This document shows positions 19,090 to 29,100 of a stretch of 32,253 bases of DNA, piece after piece. Location of the stretch: positions 1-32,253 of the forward strand of contig JAQBQX010000019.1 in the NCBI GenBank assembly GCA_028286785.1. The letters run 5' to 3'. Both the position numbers and the translations under genes were made by a program. Position 1 is the stretch's first letter; the number at the start of each line of letters is the position of its first letter. The DNA comes from Candidatus Adlerbacteria bacterium. Its GTDB lineage: Bacteria > Patescibacteriota > Minisyncoccia > Phycocordibacterales > SBAW01. The notes under the pieces were generated by a model. It saw nothing but the letters and a program-made list of their open reading frames with translations. It made no database searches and was not told the DNA's origin.

Positions 19090-19665
19090 TTATTTTTTGT
19101 CTACGCGCTCGACGTATTCGCCGACTTCGGTATTGATGCGCACAACGTCACCTTCGTTGATGAACAGTGGGGCATTGATGACTGCACCAGTCTCAAGCGT
19201 GATCTGTTTGTTGCCTCCCTGGGCAGTATTGCCTTTGACGGCAGGAGGGGCTTCTTTGACCACGAGCTCGACTTTGATGGGGATACGTACACCGATGATG
19301 CGCTCATCAAACACCAGTGCTTCAACGACAGAATTGATTTTCATAAACTTGGCCGCGTCACCGATAGTGTCTTCAGGGATGGCAAAGCGGTCGGCAGGAT
19401 TATTTTCGGCACAAAACCAAAACTCGCCTTTGTTGGTATACATGTACTTAACCTGCTTGGTTGAAAGGTCCGCTTCCTGTACCTTTTCCGACACGTGGAA
19501 GGCCTGCTCGGTTACCTTGCCCGTAATCAGGTTGCGCAGCTTGGTCTGGTTGACCGGTTTGCGCTGCTGTTTGCGGAAGACGTGCGCGTCGAGCACTTCG
19601 TAGGGCTCCTCGTTAAAGAGGATGACCTTTTTGTTTAAAATCTCGTTATATTCAAGCATTGCCAT
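19090..19665 (-). CDS. efp: Elongation factor P
   Basis: KLRNLITG, PPAVKGNTA, LETGAVINAPLFINEGDVVRINT..GEYVER. Start taken at MAMLEY (19665). Confidence 0.95.
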   Translation of the reverse strand: MAMLEYNEILNKKVILFNEEPYEVLDAHVFRKQQRKPVNQTKLRNLITGKVTEQAFHVSEKVQEADLSTKQVKYMYTNKGEFWFCAENNPADRFAIPEDTIGDAAKFMKINSVVEALVFDERIIGVRIPIKVELVVKEAPPAVKGNTAQGGNKQITLETGAVINAPLFINEGDVVRINTEVGEYVERVDKK

Positions 19666-19694
19666 AGTGCCTCGCATTGTAGCTAAAAACCAAT

Positions 19695-19720
19695 AAAAAA
19701 GCCACCCAATAGGGGTGGCT
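19695..19720 (-). terminator. Intrinsic terminator after 19728-20045 gene
   Basis: AGCCACCC/GGGTGGCT stem with an A-tract on the + strand (T-tract on the - strand). Confidence 0.8.
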
Positions 19721-19727
19721 GGAAATC

Positions 19728-20045
19728 TCAACGCTTACGGACTTGTGCGTGCTGCATGTTACTGCGGGCCCATTGGCTAAGTGTGACAATCACAGACTGG
19801 TGCTCAGGATTGTCGACGGTCAGTTTGTACGGGCCGATATCGATCTTTAGTTTGGAATCCTGTCGGGAAGTCCAAATTTTGCGGACTTCACCGATCGGTC
19901 CACTGCCTACTATTTCAACGACAGCTCCCGGGAAGTCTTTTCCCAGGGCTTCTAGCAGCATTTCTATTTGAGATGCTCTAGGAAGTTTGCCTTCAGTAAT
20001 CTGCGTGTCCGACTCGCTATCATAGTGTCTGACTGAACCTACCAT
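19728..20045 (-). CDS. Hypothetical protein (105 aa)
   Basis: Fills the gap. Upstream TGn-TATAGT (20093-20101, - strand), purine-rich RBS, downstream terminator. No family recognised. Confidence 0.6.
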   Translation of the reverse strand: MVGSVRHYDSESDTQITEGKLPRASQIEMLLEALGKDFPGAVVEIVGSGPIGEVRKIWTSRQDSKLKIDIGPYKLTVDNPEHQSVIVTLSQWARSNMQHAQVRKR

Positions 20046-20183
20046 TTCCTGCCCTCTGTATGTGCCCTAGAATGTACTCGGTACAATGGCACACTATACC
20101 ACTACTTCCGCAGCATTTCCAGAAACTGACGCTGCAATTTTATTGTTATAGATATCAAAGAGCACATGATATATGCTACAGGG

Positions 20184-20771
20184 ATGGGGGAGTATTTAGA
20201 CAATAGCGAAAACCTCGAGCGCTCCGACGAGGAGATTTTGGCGCTTTCGATCTCAAACCCGAGCCTTTTTGCGCTTTTAGTACGTAAATATGAGGCGCCT
20301 TTTTTGCGCAAAGCGCGCTCTATTATCCGCGAGGAGGAAGAGGCCGAGGATATCGTGCAGGAAGCTTTTACCAAAATTTACCTCAATGCAAAAAAATTTA
20401 AGGTAATGGAAGGTGCCCAGTTTTCATCCTGGGCCTACCGGATAGTCATCAACACGGCGCTTTCGCACTACGCCAAGCGCAAACGCCGCGGCATGATCGT
20501 GGCACCGCTGGATGACGAGATTTTGCAGCTTATTCCGGACAAGACGCTGGACCAGTTTGACCAAAAAGAATTGCGCGATGAAGTGGCGAGCGTGGTGTCC
20601 CGCATGTCGCCCATGTTCGCATCAGTACTGACTTTGTTTTTTATCGACGGGAAGTCTCAAGAGGAAATAGCCACGCAGGAAGGTGTGACAGTGGGGGCAA
20701 TCAAGACCCGCGTGCACCGAGCAAAGGAGGAGTTCAGGAAACTTTATAAGTCGGTCACAGAGTTACCATAA
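20184..20771 (+). CDS. ECF-type RNA polymerase sigma factor (alternative start 20166)
   Basis: Region 2 AEDIVQEAFTKIY...FSSWAYRIVIN and region 4 SQEEIA...GAIKTRVHRAK. Confidence 0.93.
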   Translation: MGEYLDNSENLERSDEEILALSISNPSLFALLVRKYEAPFLRKARSIIREEEEAEDIVQEAFTKIYLNAKKFKVMEGAQFSSWAYRIVINTALSHYAKRKRRGMIVAPLDDEILQLIPDKTLDQFDQKELRDEVASVVSRMSPMFASVLTLFFIDGKSQEEIATQEGVTVGAIKTRVHRAKEEFRKLYKSVTELP

Positions 20772-20773
20772 GT

Positions 20774-21112
20774 ATGAGTCATAACATGAGCATAATCGAG
20801 AAAAACGTCATGGCAGGGGTGCGTATGGTCTACCTAGGCCGCACCCTTGTGTCGCGCACTGCGCTAGAGGCTTACGTAGCGGTACTTTCGCTATGGGGTA
20901 TAGGCCGCTTGGTGTGGGTGAGCGAAGTCTTTCATAACTTTGTCACAGTGGAAAAGCTGGGACTTGCTGCCACAGGGAAGTACGTGCTTTATGCCCTGGG
21001 ACATACACAAATAGGCGTTCAATTGACGCTTCTGGTGCTTGGTGCGGCATTGCTGGGCCTAGCGGTTGACGCTGTACGCTCGGCCACGACACCTACGCGA
21101 CGTTTTGCATAG
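20774..21112 (+). CDS. Small membrane protein, candidate anti-sigma factor
   Basis: Starts 2 nt after the sigma stop and has two hydrophobic segments. Function inferred from position only. Confidence 0.6.
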   Translation: MSHNMSIIEKNVMAGVRMVYLGRTLVSRTALEAYVAVLSLWGIGRLVWVSEVFHNFVTVEKLGLAATGKYVLYALGHTQIGVQLTLLVLGAALLGLAVDAVRSATTPTRRFA

Positions 21113-21114
21113 CT

Positions 21115-22194
21115 CTATTCTTCGTCAGGAGCATCGTCATCTTTGCTTGGCGGGAGTTTAGAAGTGAGAGCGTTTTCAGCAAATTTAGTACGGATTTCCT
21201 TTAAGATCGCGTTTGCGGTCTTTTTGTTGTCACGCAGGTACGTACGGGTTGCGTCGTAACCGCGGCCCATCTTTTCATCGCCGTAGCTGTAAGAAGATCC
21301 GCTTTTTTGTATGACGCCGTACTTTTCGCCCAAGGCGATGATTTCGCCCTCGCTTGAGATACCTTCGTTGTACATGAGGTCAAATTCGGTGGTACGGAAG
21401 GGAGCTGCTACTTTGTTTTTGACTACCTTGACCCGGTGGCGGCCTCCGACAACTTCTTCGCCCTTCTTTATCTGTGCAATGCGGCGGATATCGAGGCGCA
21501 CCGATGTATAAAACTTGAGAGCCTTGCCGCCGGTCGTTGTCTCGGGGTTGCCGAACATCACGCCGATCTGCATACGGATCTGGTTGATGAAGATGACTAT
21601 GGTCTTGGACTTCGAGGTAATGGCTGTGAGTTTGAGCAGCGCTTGTGACATAAGGCGTGCTTGTTTGCCCACCTGGTGGCTGCCCATGTCGCCCTCGATT
21701 TCGTCTTTAGGAGTGAGCGCCGCAACCGAGTCGATGACAATGAGGTCGACCTTGCCCGAGCGCACCAAAGACTCGACGATTTCGAGCGCTTGTTCGCCGG
21801 TATCTGGTTGTGAGACAAGAAGGTTGTTGATATTTACGCCGATTTTTTTGGCATATTCTGGATCAAGTGCGTGTTCGGCATCTATAAATGCGCAGATGCC
21901 GCCTTTTTTTTGCGCTTCGGCAATGGCATGCAAGGTAAGAGTTGTTTTGCCGGATGACTCAGGGCCGAAAACTTCGATGATGCGGCCGCGCGGGTATCCG
22001 CCGATACCAAGAGCCCAATCAAGCCCAATAGAGCCCGAGGGAATAACGTCGACATCCACCTTGGGGGAGTCGCCGAGCTTCATGATGGCCTCGTCGCCAA
22101 ATTTTGTCTTGATTTCGCGGATTGCCGCATCAATAGCGCTGCTGTCTTTTGAAATGCTTTTCGGTTCCTTCGGTGCAGATTTCTTGAGTGCCAT
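21115..22194 (-). CDS. recA: Recombinase A
   Basis: [35 protein letters not shown] and KNKVAAPF. Confidence 0.99.
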   Translation of the reverse strand: MALKKSAPKEPKSISKDSSAIDAAIREIKTKFGDEAIMKLGDSPKVDVDVIPSGSIGLDWALGIGGYPRGRIIEVFGPESSGKTTLTLHAIAEAQKKGGICAFIDAEHALDPEYAKKIGVNINNLLVSQPDTGEQALEIVESLVRSGKVDLIVIDSVAALTPKDEIEGDMGSHQVGKQARLMSQALLKLTAITSKSKTIVIFINQIRMQIGVMFGNPETTTGGKALKFYTSVRLDIRRIAQIKKGEEVVGGRHRVKVVKNKVAAPFRTTEFDLMYNEGISSEGEIIALGEKYGVIQKSGSSYSYGDEKMGRGYDATRTYLRDNKKTANAILKEIRTKFAENALTSKLPPSKDDDAPDEE

Positions 22195-22198
22195 AGTA

Positions 22199-22564
22199 TT
22201 AAGTATTATTCGTGCAAAAGTTCAAAACAGTGAAGTGCACAGACATGGATGCTTCGCGCCCAAAACGGTCTTTTGCTGCGACCGTAATACTAGTATACCC
22301 CGGGTGTGGAGAGAGTGTAGCACTAAAATGTCCTGCCGCATCCGTGTAGGCAGGGCGACCGTTAATAGTCAAAAAAGCTATATTTTGAGCCATTCCTGAG
22401 ACCACGACCGCAACGCTTGATGTGGCGGATCCACTGCGAGGGAAGTCGAGGCTGATTTCTGGGCCTGACAAGATCCGACGACCTTCAAATAATCCGTAGC
22501 CGCCGACTATAACTATAGCCACCAGTACTAACGCCCATTTGTACCAATTATTGTTCCTCATCAT
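22199..22564 (-). CDS. Small membrane-anchored protein with single Ig-like domain
   Basis: Start overlaps the ftsK stop. N-terminal TM, then VVVSG...LTING...F...[17 protein letters not shown]. Confidence 0.7.
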   Translation of the reverse strand: MMRNNNWYKWALVLVAIVIVGGYGLFEGRRILSGPEISLDFPRSGSATSSVAVVVSGMAQNIAFLTINGRPAYTDAAGHFSATLSPHPGYTSITVAAKDRFGREASMSVHFTVLNFCTNNT

Positions 22565-24761
22565 GCGTGCTCTCTGTCTTGGCGCCCAATACTTCGCGTG
22601 GTTTTGCGCCATCAGCTGGGCCAATGACTCCACGCTCTTCAAGTACGTCCATCAACCGCGCTGCGCGAGAATATCCGACTCGAAGCTTGCGCTGGAGGTA
22701 CGAAGTCGACGCTTTGCCTGCCTCTAGTACTGCGTTGCGCGCAGCTTCGTACATGTCGTCGTCAATTTCGTCCTCGTCGCTCGTGATACCGGTGTTGCCA
22801 AGTCCGCCTGCGGTAGGGCCGCCAGTGGGGCCGGTGATATCGATAGGAAGTTCCGAATCGTTATGCTTTGCAATAAAGTCGGTGACCTTTTTTACTTCGT
22901 TTTCGCTGATGTAGGCGCTCTGGAGACGTATAGGTTTGCCCATTTCGCCTGAAAGGTAGAGCATGTCGCCCGCACCCAAGAGCTTTTCTGCGCCTGCTTG
23001 GTCCAAAATGGTGCGCGAGTCGATCTGTGAGGCAACCTGCAGTGCTATGCGGGCCGGAACGTTTGCTTTGATGAGGCCGGTAATGACATTAACTGATGGT
23101 CGCTGTGTCGAAAGAAGCAGGTGAATGCCCACAGCGCGGCTCATCTGGGCCAAACGCACAATTGCCGCTTCAAGTTCACGTGGGAATGTCTGCATGATGT
23201 CGGCCAACTCGTCGATGACAATCACGATGTACGGCATTGCTTCAGGGATCTTGTCGCCCTCGGCTGCGCCTCCTTTGCGGCGTAGTTTTTCCAAAGACGG
23301 GGTAAGGACGTTGGTATGGTACGACTCGATGTCGCGCACGCGTTCAGACTCTAATATATTGTATCGGCGTTCCATTTCTTTGCCCGCCCAGCGCAGCGCC
23401 ATGACTGCTTTTTTAGGGTCGGTGATAACTGGGGTGAGTTGGTGCGGGATAGTGTTATAGAGGGTCAACTCCACACGCTTGGGGTCGATCATCAAAAAGC
23501 GCAGCTGCTGCGGCCCGCAACGGTACAAAAGTGAGGTGATGATAGTGTGGATGCTCACCGACTTGCCCGAGCCCGTTGCCCCTGCGATGAGTCCGTGGGG
23601 CATTTTGGCGAGGTTGGCAAACTGCGACCCGCCTGCAATGTCGCGGCCAAGTGCTACCAACAACGGCTTCGGCGATGCGGCAAACTCAGGTGCCTCAAGG
23701 AGCGTGCCCAAGCCCACTGTAACTTTTGAGTGGTTCGGGACTTCGATGCCTACCAGGGATTTGCCAGGGATAGGTGCCTCAATGCGTACGGGGTGCGCCG
23801 CAAGAGCAAGTTCGAGGTTAGTCTGGAGCGATACAATTTTTTGCAGGCGCACACCTTCGGCGGGTTTGATGGCATAGCGGGTGACCGATGGGCCGATTGA
23901 AATCTCGTCGAGCTCAACCACAATTCCAAAGTTTTGAAGCGTGCGTTTGATGATGTTGGCATTTGCTTTAACGTCACCAACACCCGGGCGGCCTTTGTCA
24001 CGCTCAAGGAGTGACAAAGGTGGCGGGGTGTACGTGCCCAATAGCGACTTCAAAAGGTCTGCAGTATTGACCGCTGCCACAGCGGCAGTAGCAGGTTCGC
24101 GCAGAGGCTGCTGGTGCGGGACGGGCACATCATCTTCCTCGTCGTCTGCATCTGGTGCCTCTTCGTGCTCCTCGTCTTCTGCGTCCACACGGAAGCCGCT
24201 CACGGCAATTCCGTCATCTTCTGGTTCGGGAGTTTTGCCAAATAACCCACGCACTCCACGCACTGTGCTTGCGCTCAAGCCGGTAAAGACATGGACCGGG
24301 ATCGAGCCTTCCAACAACATGAGCAAAGATACCAATGTGAGTCCGCCCATGAGTATGACCGATGCGTATATATCAAAGTAATGAATGGCAGTTTTGCCCA
24401 GCATATCGCCCACTAATCCGCCCTTGCCGCTGACAATAGCCACAAACCCTAATCCAGACAATATAAAGAGAATGCTCGAAAGGCTCTTAAACCAGTCGAA
24501 GCCGGGTTTTTCTTCGCGCAGAGCAGTCCCTGCCAAAACAAAAAAGAGCACTGGCAACAGAAAATATCCGATACCCACCAGATGTACTATGCCTTGATAG
24601 GTGTCTATGCCCGCGACCCCTGCGGTGCCAAATGCGGCCAGGGTCAGGAAGCAACCAAGGATCGAAAACACTACGGCTAAAATTGCACGTTTTGTACCGT
24701 CGGGCATGCCAGATGTTGCCGCGCGGGCGTTTGCTGACTTAGAATTTTTCTTACGCGCCAT
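22548..24761 (-). CDS. ftsK: DNA translocase FtsK/SpoIIIE
   Basis: N-terminal TMs, RIEAPIPGK, AGATGSGKS, IVIDELADIM, STQRPSV and gamma domain STSYLQRKLRVGYSRAARLMD. Confidence 0.98.
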   Translation of the reverse strand: MARKKNSKSANARAATSGMPDGTKRAILAVVFSILGCFLTLAAFGTAGVAGIDTYQGIVHLVGIGYFLLPVLFFVLAGTALREEKPGFDWFKSLSSILFILSGLGFVAIVSGKGGLVGDMLGKTAIHYFDIYASVILMGGLTLVSLLMLLEGSIPVHVFTGLSASTVRGVRGLFGKTPEPEDDGIAVSGFRVDAEDEEHEEAPDADDEEDDVPVPHQQPLREPATAAVAAVNTADLLKSLLGTYTPPPLSLLERDKGRPGVGDVKANANIIKRTLQNFGIVVELDEISIGPSVTRYAIKPAEGVRLQKIVSLQTNLELALAAHPVRIEAPIPGKSLVGIEVPNHSKVTVGLGTLLEAPEFAASPKPLLVALGRDIAGGSQFANLAKMPHGLIAGATGSGKSVSIHTIITSLLYRCGPQQLRFLMIDPKRVELTLYNTIPHQLTPVITDPKKAVMALRWAGKEMERRYNILESERVRDIESYHTNVLTPSLEKLRRKGGAAEGDKIPEAMPYIVIVIDELADIMQTFPRELEAAIVRLAQMSRAVGIHLLLSTQRPSVNVITGLIKANVPARIALQVASQIDSRTILDQAGAEKLLGAGDMLYLSGEMGKPIRLQSAYISENEVKKVTDFIAKHNDSELPIDITGPTGGPTAGGLGNTGITSDEDEIDDDMYEAARNAVLEAGKASTSYLQRKLRVGYSRAARLMDVLEERGVIGPADGAKPREVLGAKTESTHDEEQ

Positions 24762-24840
24762 TGAAACATAATACCACGTGAGCCGAGACTATTTTTAAGC
24801 CTTAATCAACCTGTACAACCTGGAAGCGCTTGTTATACTC

Positions 24841-25531
24841 AAGGACACAGTCTGTCTTAGAAATGTCTTTCAAATCCTTAAAGGACAGCAATAAGACAAG
24901 TGTAAAAGACGCATTGAAAATCAATGTCTGATAACACCTCTAATTTTCATACATTTGCCTTACAGTCAGGCCTTTTTAAAGGACACGACGATTGGTATTT
25001 TTGCTATTTAAAGTCAGAACGGATCGCCCACGTGCTCGCTGTTTTGGCCCAGAGCTCTCCACACCCTGACCTAGACCGTTTGATTGAACTTGCGTCGTCT
25101 CTGCCGGAATCAATCGTGTACTTTGCTGCCTCTGAAGTGGTGCCTTCTGTATTGTTGGCCGAAGTATTTGTGCTCCTTTCCGCGATGCGTCTTAGCGGTA
25201 CTAAGAACCTCATTCGGCAAGAAAACGTTTCAGTACTTATAAGTGAACTCCAACACATTGCTCAATTAATGGGGAACAGCAGCCAAGTGTCGCCGTTTGT
25301 GACTGCCGAGGATTTTGCCGTGCCGTTTGCAACGGCCCCTGACCAAATACCTAAAAGACTTTCTATGCCACCAACCTTAGCCGAAGCGGGAGTTCCTATA
25401 AAGGACATCTATAAAGGACATTTAAAAAGGCAGGCAGGGCCCGTCCCACGCCCCTCTAAAGACCAGGAAGATCGGGCTGCCATAATCCGCGATTTTGTCC
25501 TTTCAAATAAGGGGGTTTCTATAAAAGACAT
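24841..25531. repeat. Cluster of (T)AA(A)(G/A)GACA motifs in the leader and ORF of the HTH gene
   Basis: Exact TAAAGGACA at 24879, 24977, 25399 and 25412. TAAAAGAC at 24903, 25352 and 25522. AAGGACA at 24841, TAAGACA at 24892. Inverted TGTCTT at 24853 and 24864. Confidence 0.8.
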
Positions 25532-25664
25532 TTCTAAGGTAGTGCGAAACTGTAGTGAGAAAACAATCCAGCGCGAATTGGGTGCGCTTATCCAACAGGG
25601 ATTGGTTAAAAAAATAGGGGAGAGGCGGTGGAGCGTATACGTAGGCAGTGCTTCGGCGCAGTAA
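24924..25664 (+). CDS. Helical N-terminal domain plus C-terminal winged HTH (DeoR-like) DNA-binding protein
   Basis: C-terminus RAAIIRDFV...VSIKDISKVVRNCSEKTIQRELGALIQQGLVKKIGERRWSVY. TGn-TATACT promoter at 24831-24839. Confidence 0.8.
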   Translation: MSDNTSNFHTFALQSGLFKGHDDWYFCYLKSERIAHVLAVLAQSSPHPDLDRLIELASSLPESIVYFAASEVVPSVLLAEVFVLLSAMRLSGTKNLIRQENVSVLISELQHIAQLMGNSSQVSPFVTAEDFAVPFATAPDQIPKRLSMPPTLAEAGVPIKDIYKGHLKRQAGPVPRPSKDQEDRAAIIRDFVLSNKGVSIKDISKVVRNCSEKTIQRELGALIQQGLVKKIGERRWSVYVGSASAQ

Positions 25665-25700
25665 AAATCAAGTTGACCCAGACCCCTCCCTGGTGTACCT

Positions 25701-25709
25701 TTATCCACA
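25701..25709 (+). promoter_or_regulatory. Consensus DnaA box
   Basis: TTATCCACA, intergenic, 8 nt upstream of the -35 element. Confidence 0.55.
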
Positions 25710-25717
25710 AGGTATTT

Positions 25718-25746
25718 TTGCACCTTCCACCCCCTGTACCTATAAT
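25718..25746 (+). promoter_or_regulatory. Sigma70 promoter for the structured leader / S-layer-like gene
   Basis: TTGCAC (25718-25723), 17 nt spacer, TATAAT (25741-25746). Confidence 0.8.
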
Positions 25747-25752
25747 GGTACA

Positions 25753-26118
25753 TAGTGGTTGAACCCCATTCGGGCTATAAGCCTGTGTGGGGCAGAATGC
25801 CAGGTTCGTTGACAATTTCATAATCAAACACCTTCATGAAAGACGCAGGTAAGATGTGCGCTCTTTTTGCGTCTATAAATAGTACGTGCTCGCACACCAG
25901 GAATCTTCCTTGTTCCGTATTGACCGCATGACCGATTCCGCCTCACATCTTGCTACCAACGCCTTCACATCTCGCTTGCCTCTTCGCGCTCCATCCTTCC
26001 TTTAATAGGAAAGGTGGTGACGAGGAGAGAGCGAGCGGGAGGGCAGGTAGGTTATCAGTGCTGTTCCATTTATTCGTAGGATTACAAGTAAATTATTATT
26101 CGTTCGTTTAGTTACCTT
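25753..26118 (+). ncRNA. Long structured 5' leader or uncharacterised ncRNA
   Basis: Hand-folded stems at 25761-25807, 25841-25874 and 25953-26050. G-U pairs favour the + strand. No known RNA family recognised. Confidence 0.55.
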
Positions 26119-29100
26119 ATGACTATTACTCAGAGTTCTTCACGTCTCGCCGCTCTCACCATTGGTGTAGCAGCAGTCGTCGCATTTGCGTTCGCAGCGG
26201 TTTCGGCCACTCCAGCGCAGGCTGCAACAATCTGCCCAGGCACAACGTTCTCGACAAACCTTAAACAAGGTGCAACGAGCGCAGGTGTTTTGGCATTGCA
26301 GCAGTTCTTGAACATGAGCCCAGACACGATGATTGCATCGACTGGCGCCGGTTCTCCTGGAAATGAAACAACCTACTTTGGTGCTTTGACCACAGTAGCT
26401 GTTAAAAAGTTCCAGCAAAAGTACGCAGCACAGATTTTGACACCGTTGGGTCTTACAACTCCAACGCCTAACTTCTACGCTGCATCACGTGCACAGGCTA
26501 ATGCAGTCTGCGCAGGCACAGCGGGCACAGGTACTGGTACCGGAACTGGTACAGGCACAGGAACAACAGGTTCTGGCTTGTCGGTTATGGCATCAGCACA
26601 GCCGGCTAATGCACTTGCTCCGGCAAATGCAGCTCGCGTACCATTCACAAACTTTACTCTCACAGCTTCTAATGACGGCGACGTCACTATCAGCGGTGTG
26701 ACAGTACAGCGTGGTGGCGCATCAGCTGACGCTTCCTTCTCAGGTGTTACTCTTCTTGATGCTTCAACTGGTCTCCAGATCGGTATCTCGAAGACGCTTA
26801 ACAGCAACCACCAGGCTACCGTCGGTGACACTATCGTCATCCCTCGCGGCACATCGCGTACCTTCACTGTTGCAGCAAACCGCGCAGCAGCAGGTGCTCA
26901 TGCTGGTGAAATCGCAAGCTTCTCTGTTGTGTCTATCAACACTTCAGCTGCAGTCAACGGTTCGCTCCCAATTGTTGGTGCAAGCCACACAATCAACGAG
27001 TCGCTGTCACTTGGTTCAGTTTCGACTTCAACATCGTCATTTGACCCAGGCGCAGCTCAGAGCCGCAACATCGGTGACACCGCTGTTCGCTTCTCGGGTA
27101 TCCGCTTTACAGCAGCTTCTTCGGAAGACTTGAAGCTCTACTCGATCCGTTGGCGCCAGACCGGTTCTGTTAGCGCATCTGACTTGTCAAACGTCATGAC
27201 AAACGTTGGCGGTACTATGTACCCAGCGACTGTTTCGGCAGACGGCAAATACTTCACTTCAACCTTCCCAGGCGGTATCTTGATCGCTAAGGGCAACTCG
27301 GTTGATGCGTACGTACAGGGCGATATCACCGGCTCTAACGCTGCAGGTCGCACCGCAGAGTTCGACATCGACAAATCGACAGACGTCTACTTTGTTGGTC
27401 AGCTCTATGGCTACGGCATCGCTGCTCCAGGTACCTACACACCTTGGTTTGTAGGCCGCTCGGCATCGATCAGCGCAGGTACAGTAACTACAATCAGCAA
27501 GGCAAACGAAGTTGCTGCGCAGAACATTGCAGTTAACGTTCCTGGCCAGGTTCTCGGCGGGTTTGCTACAAACTTTGCAGGTGAATCTGTATCAGCACAG
27601 CAGATGGTCTTCACTGTCTCAACCACAACCGGTAACACTTTCGGTCTCACCAGCGTTTCTATCGTTGATGAGAGCGGTCGCGTAGTTGCAGGTCCAGTTG
27701 ACCAGTCAGGCACATCACTTACCTTTACTGATACCGTTACGTTCTCAACAGGACGCCACGTGTACACACTCAAGGGTAAGGCTTCGTCTGCAACACCTAC
27801 AGGTACTACCTTCACTGTTGCCACAACTCCTTCGAGCCAGTGGACAAACGTGACAGGTCAGACCTCGGGTAACACCATTTCGCTTTCTGGTACAAGCCAG
27901 GTAACGATGAACACAATGACAGTTAAGGGCGGTTCGGCTGCAGTGACCTTCTCGTCACAGCCAACTTCTCAGAACGTCGTTGCAGGTGTTCAGAACTTTG
28001 TGTTCGGTAACTACCAAATCGACGCATCACAGTCAGGTGAAGACCTCCGCCTCAACGCGGTACCTCTTTACTTCACTGGAAATGCTACAACCCTTTCAGG
28101 TTGTCAGATCTGGGACGGTACAGCCTCTCTCAACAATGGCTCACGTGTAGTCAACACATTGACTGCAGGTGGTGCTACTGCAAACACCTTCAGCCTCGAT
28201 AACACTCTTATCGTTGCTAAGGGTACGGTCAAGACACTCGCAGTTAGCTGTAACATTTCGTCATCAGCTACTTCGTCGTCAACCTACAAGTTCTCAACAG
28301 ACACAGCTACGGGTGATTACGCCTTTACTGGCGCAACCTCGGGTAACACCATCACTCCTACCGCTTCGGCTTCGAACGCAGGTACGATGACTGTTACTGC
28401 AGGCTCGCTCACCATCTCAGTTGACTCATCGTCTCCTTCATACAAGGCGGCATCAGGTGGTTCAACCGGCGTGACTGTTGCTGCTATCAAGGTCCGTGCA
28501 ACAAACGAGGCAACAAACCTCACTAAGCTCGGCTTGGTACTCACTTCAGGCAGCGCAGGTGACCTCTCACAGGTATACATCTACAACGGTGCAACCTTGG
28601 TAGGTACAGCTCAGTTCACTGGTGGTAACACTGTCGCAACATCTACATTCAACACTGCGGTAGCGTTGACTAAGGATACCGACACAGTTCTTACCGTTAA
28701 GGCTGACTTCGCTGACATTGGTTCTAGCCAGTCAGGTACAGAAGGTAACCTCGTCAAGATTGATCCGCTCAATGCAGAAGGCACTGGCGCATCATCTGGT
28801 AACACAGTTACTGCAAGCGCAACAGCTGGTGTAGCAGGCGTACGCGTCTTCAACACCTTCCCAACGCTCGCACTTGATACGCTTGGCTCTACCGGCGTAG
28901 CCGATGGCAAGCTTATGCGCTTCAAGGTTACTGCTGACTCGTTGGGTCAGGTAGGTATCGGCAAGTTCACGTTCACACTCGCAACTACAACGTTGTCAGT
29001 GACGAACATCGGCTTGTACGCATACACTGATTCTTCTTACTCTTCAACAATCTCAAGCCAGGGCACTTCTGGTCAGATTGGTGCAACAGTATCGTCAGCA

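Noticed and set aside
19666-19731. N-terminal extension of EF-P in the ORF track
   Set aside because: It overlaps a terminator and the promoter region (TACAAT). EF-P similarity begins at MAMLEY.
21515-22399. 294-aa + strand ORF over recA
   Set aside because: Antisense shadow of recA.
24841-25531. CRISPR array interpretation of the repeats
   Set aside because: Repeats are 7-13 bp, irregularly spaced and in both orientations, and there are no cas genes.
25665-26118. oriC, tRNA, tmRNA, RNase P, SRP or T-box in the long intergenic region
   Set aside because: Only one perfect DnaA box is present, with no dnaA/dnaN nearby. I found no hallmark motifs of these RNAs by eye.
26515-26565. Phase-variable simple repeat in the S-layer-like gene
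   Set aside because: Synonymous codons vary, so this is a protein-level Gly-Thr linker and not a slippage tract.
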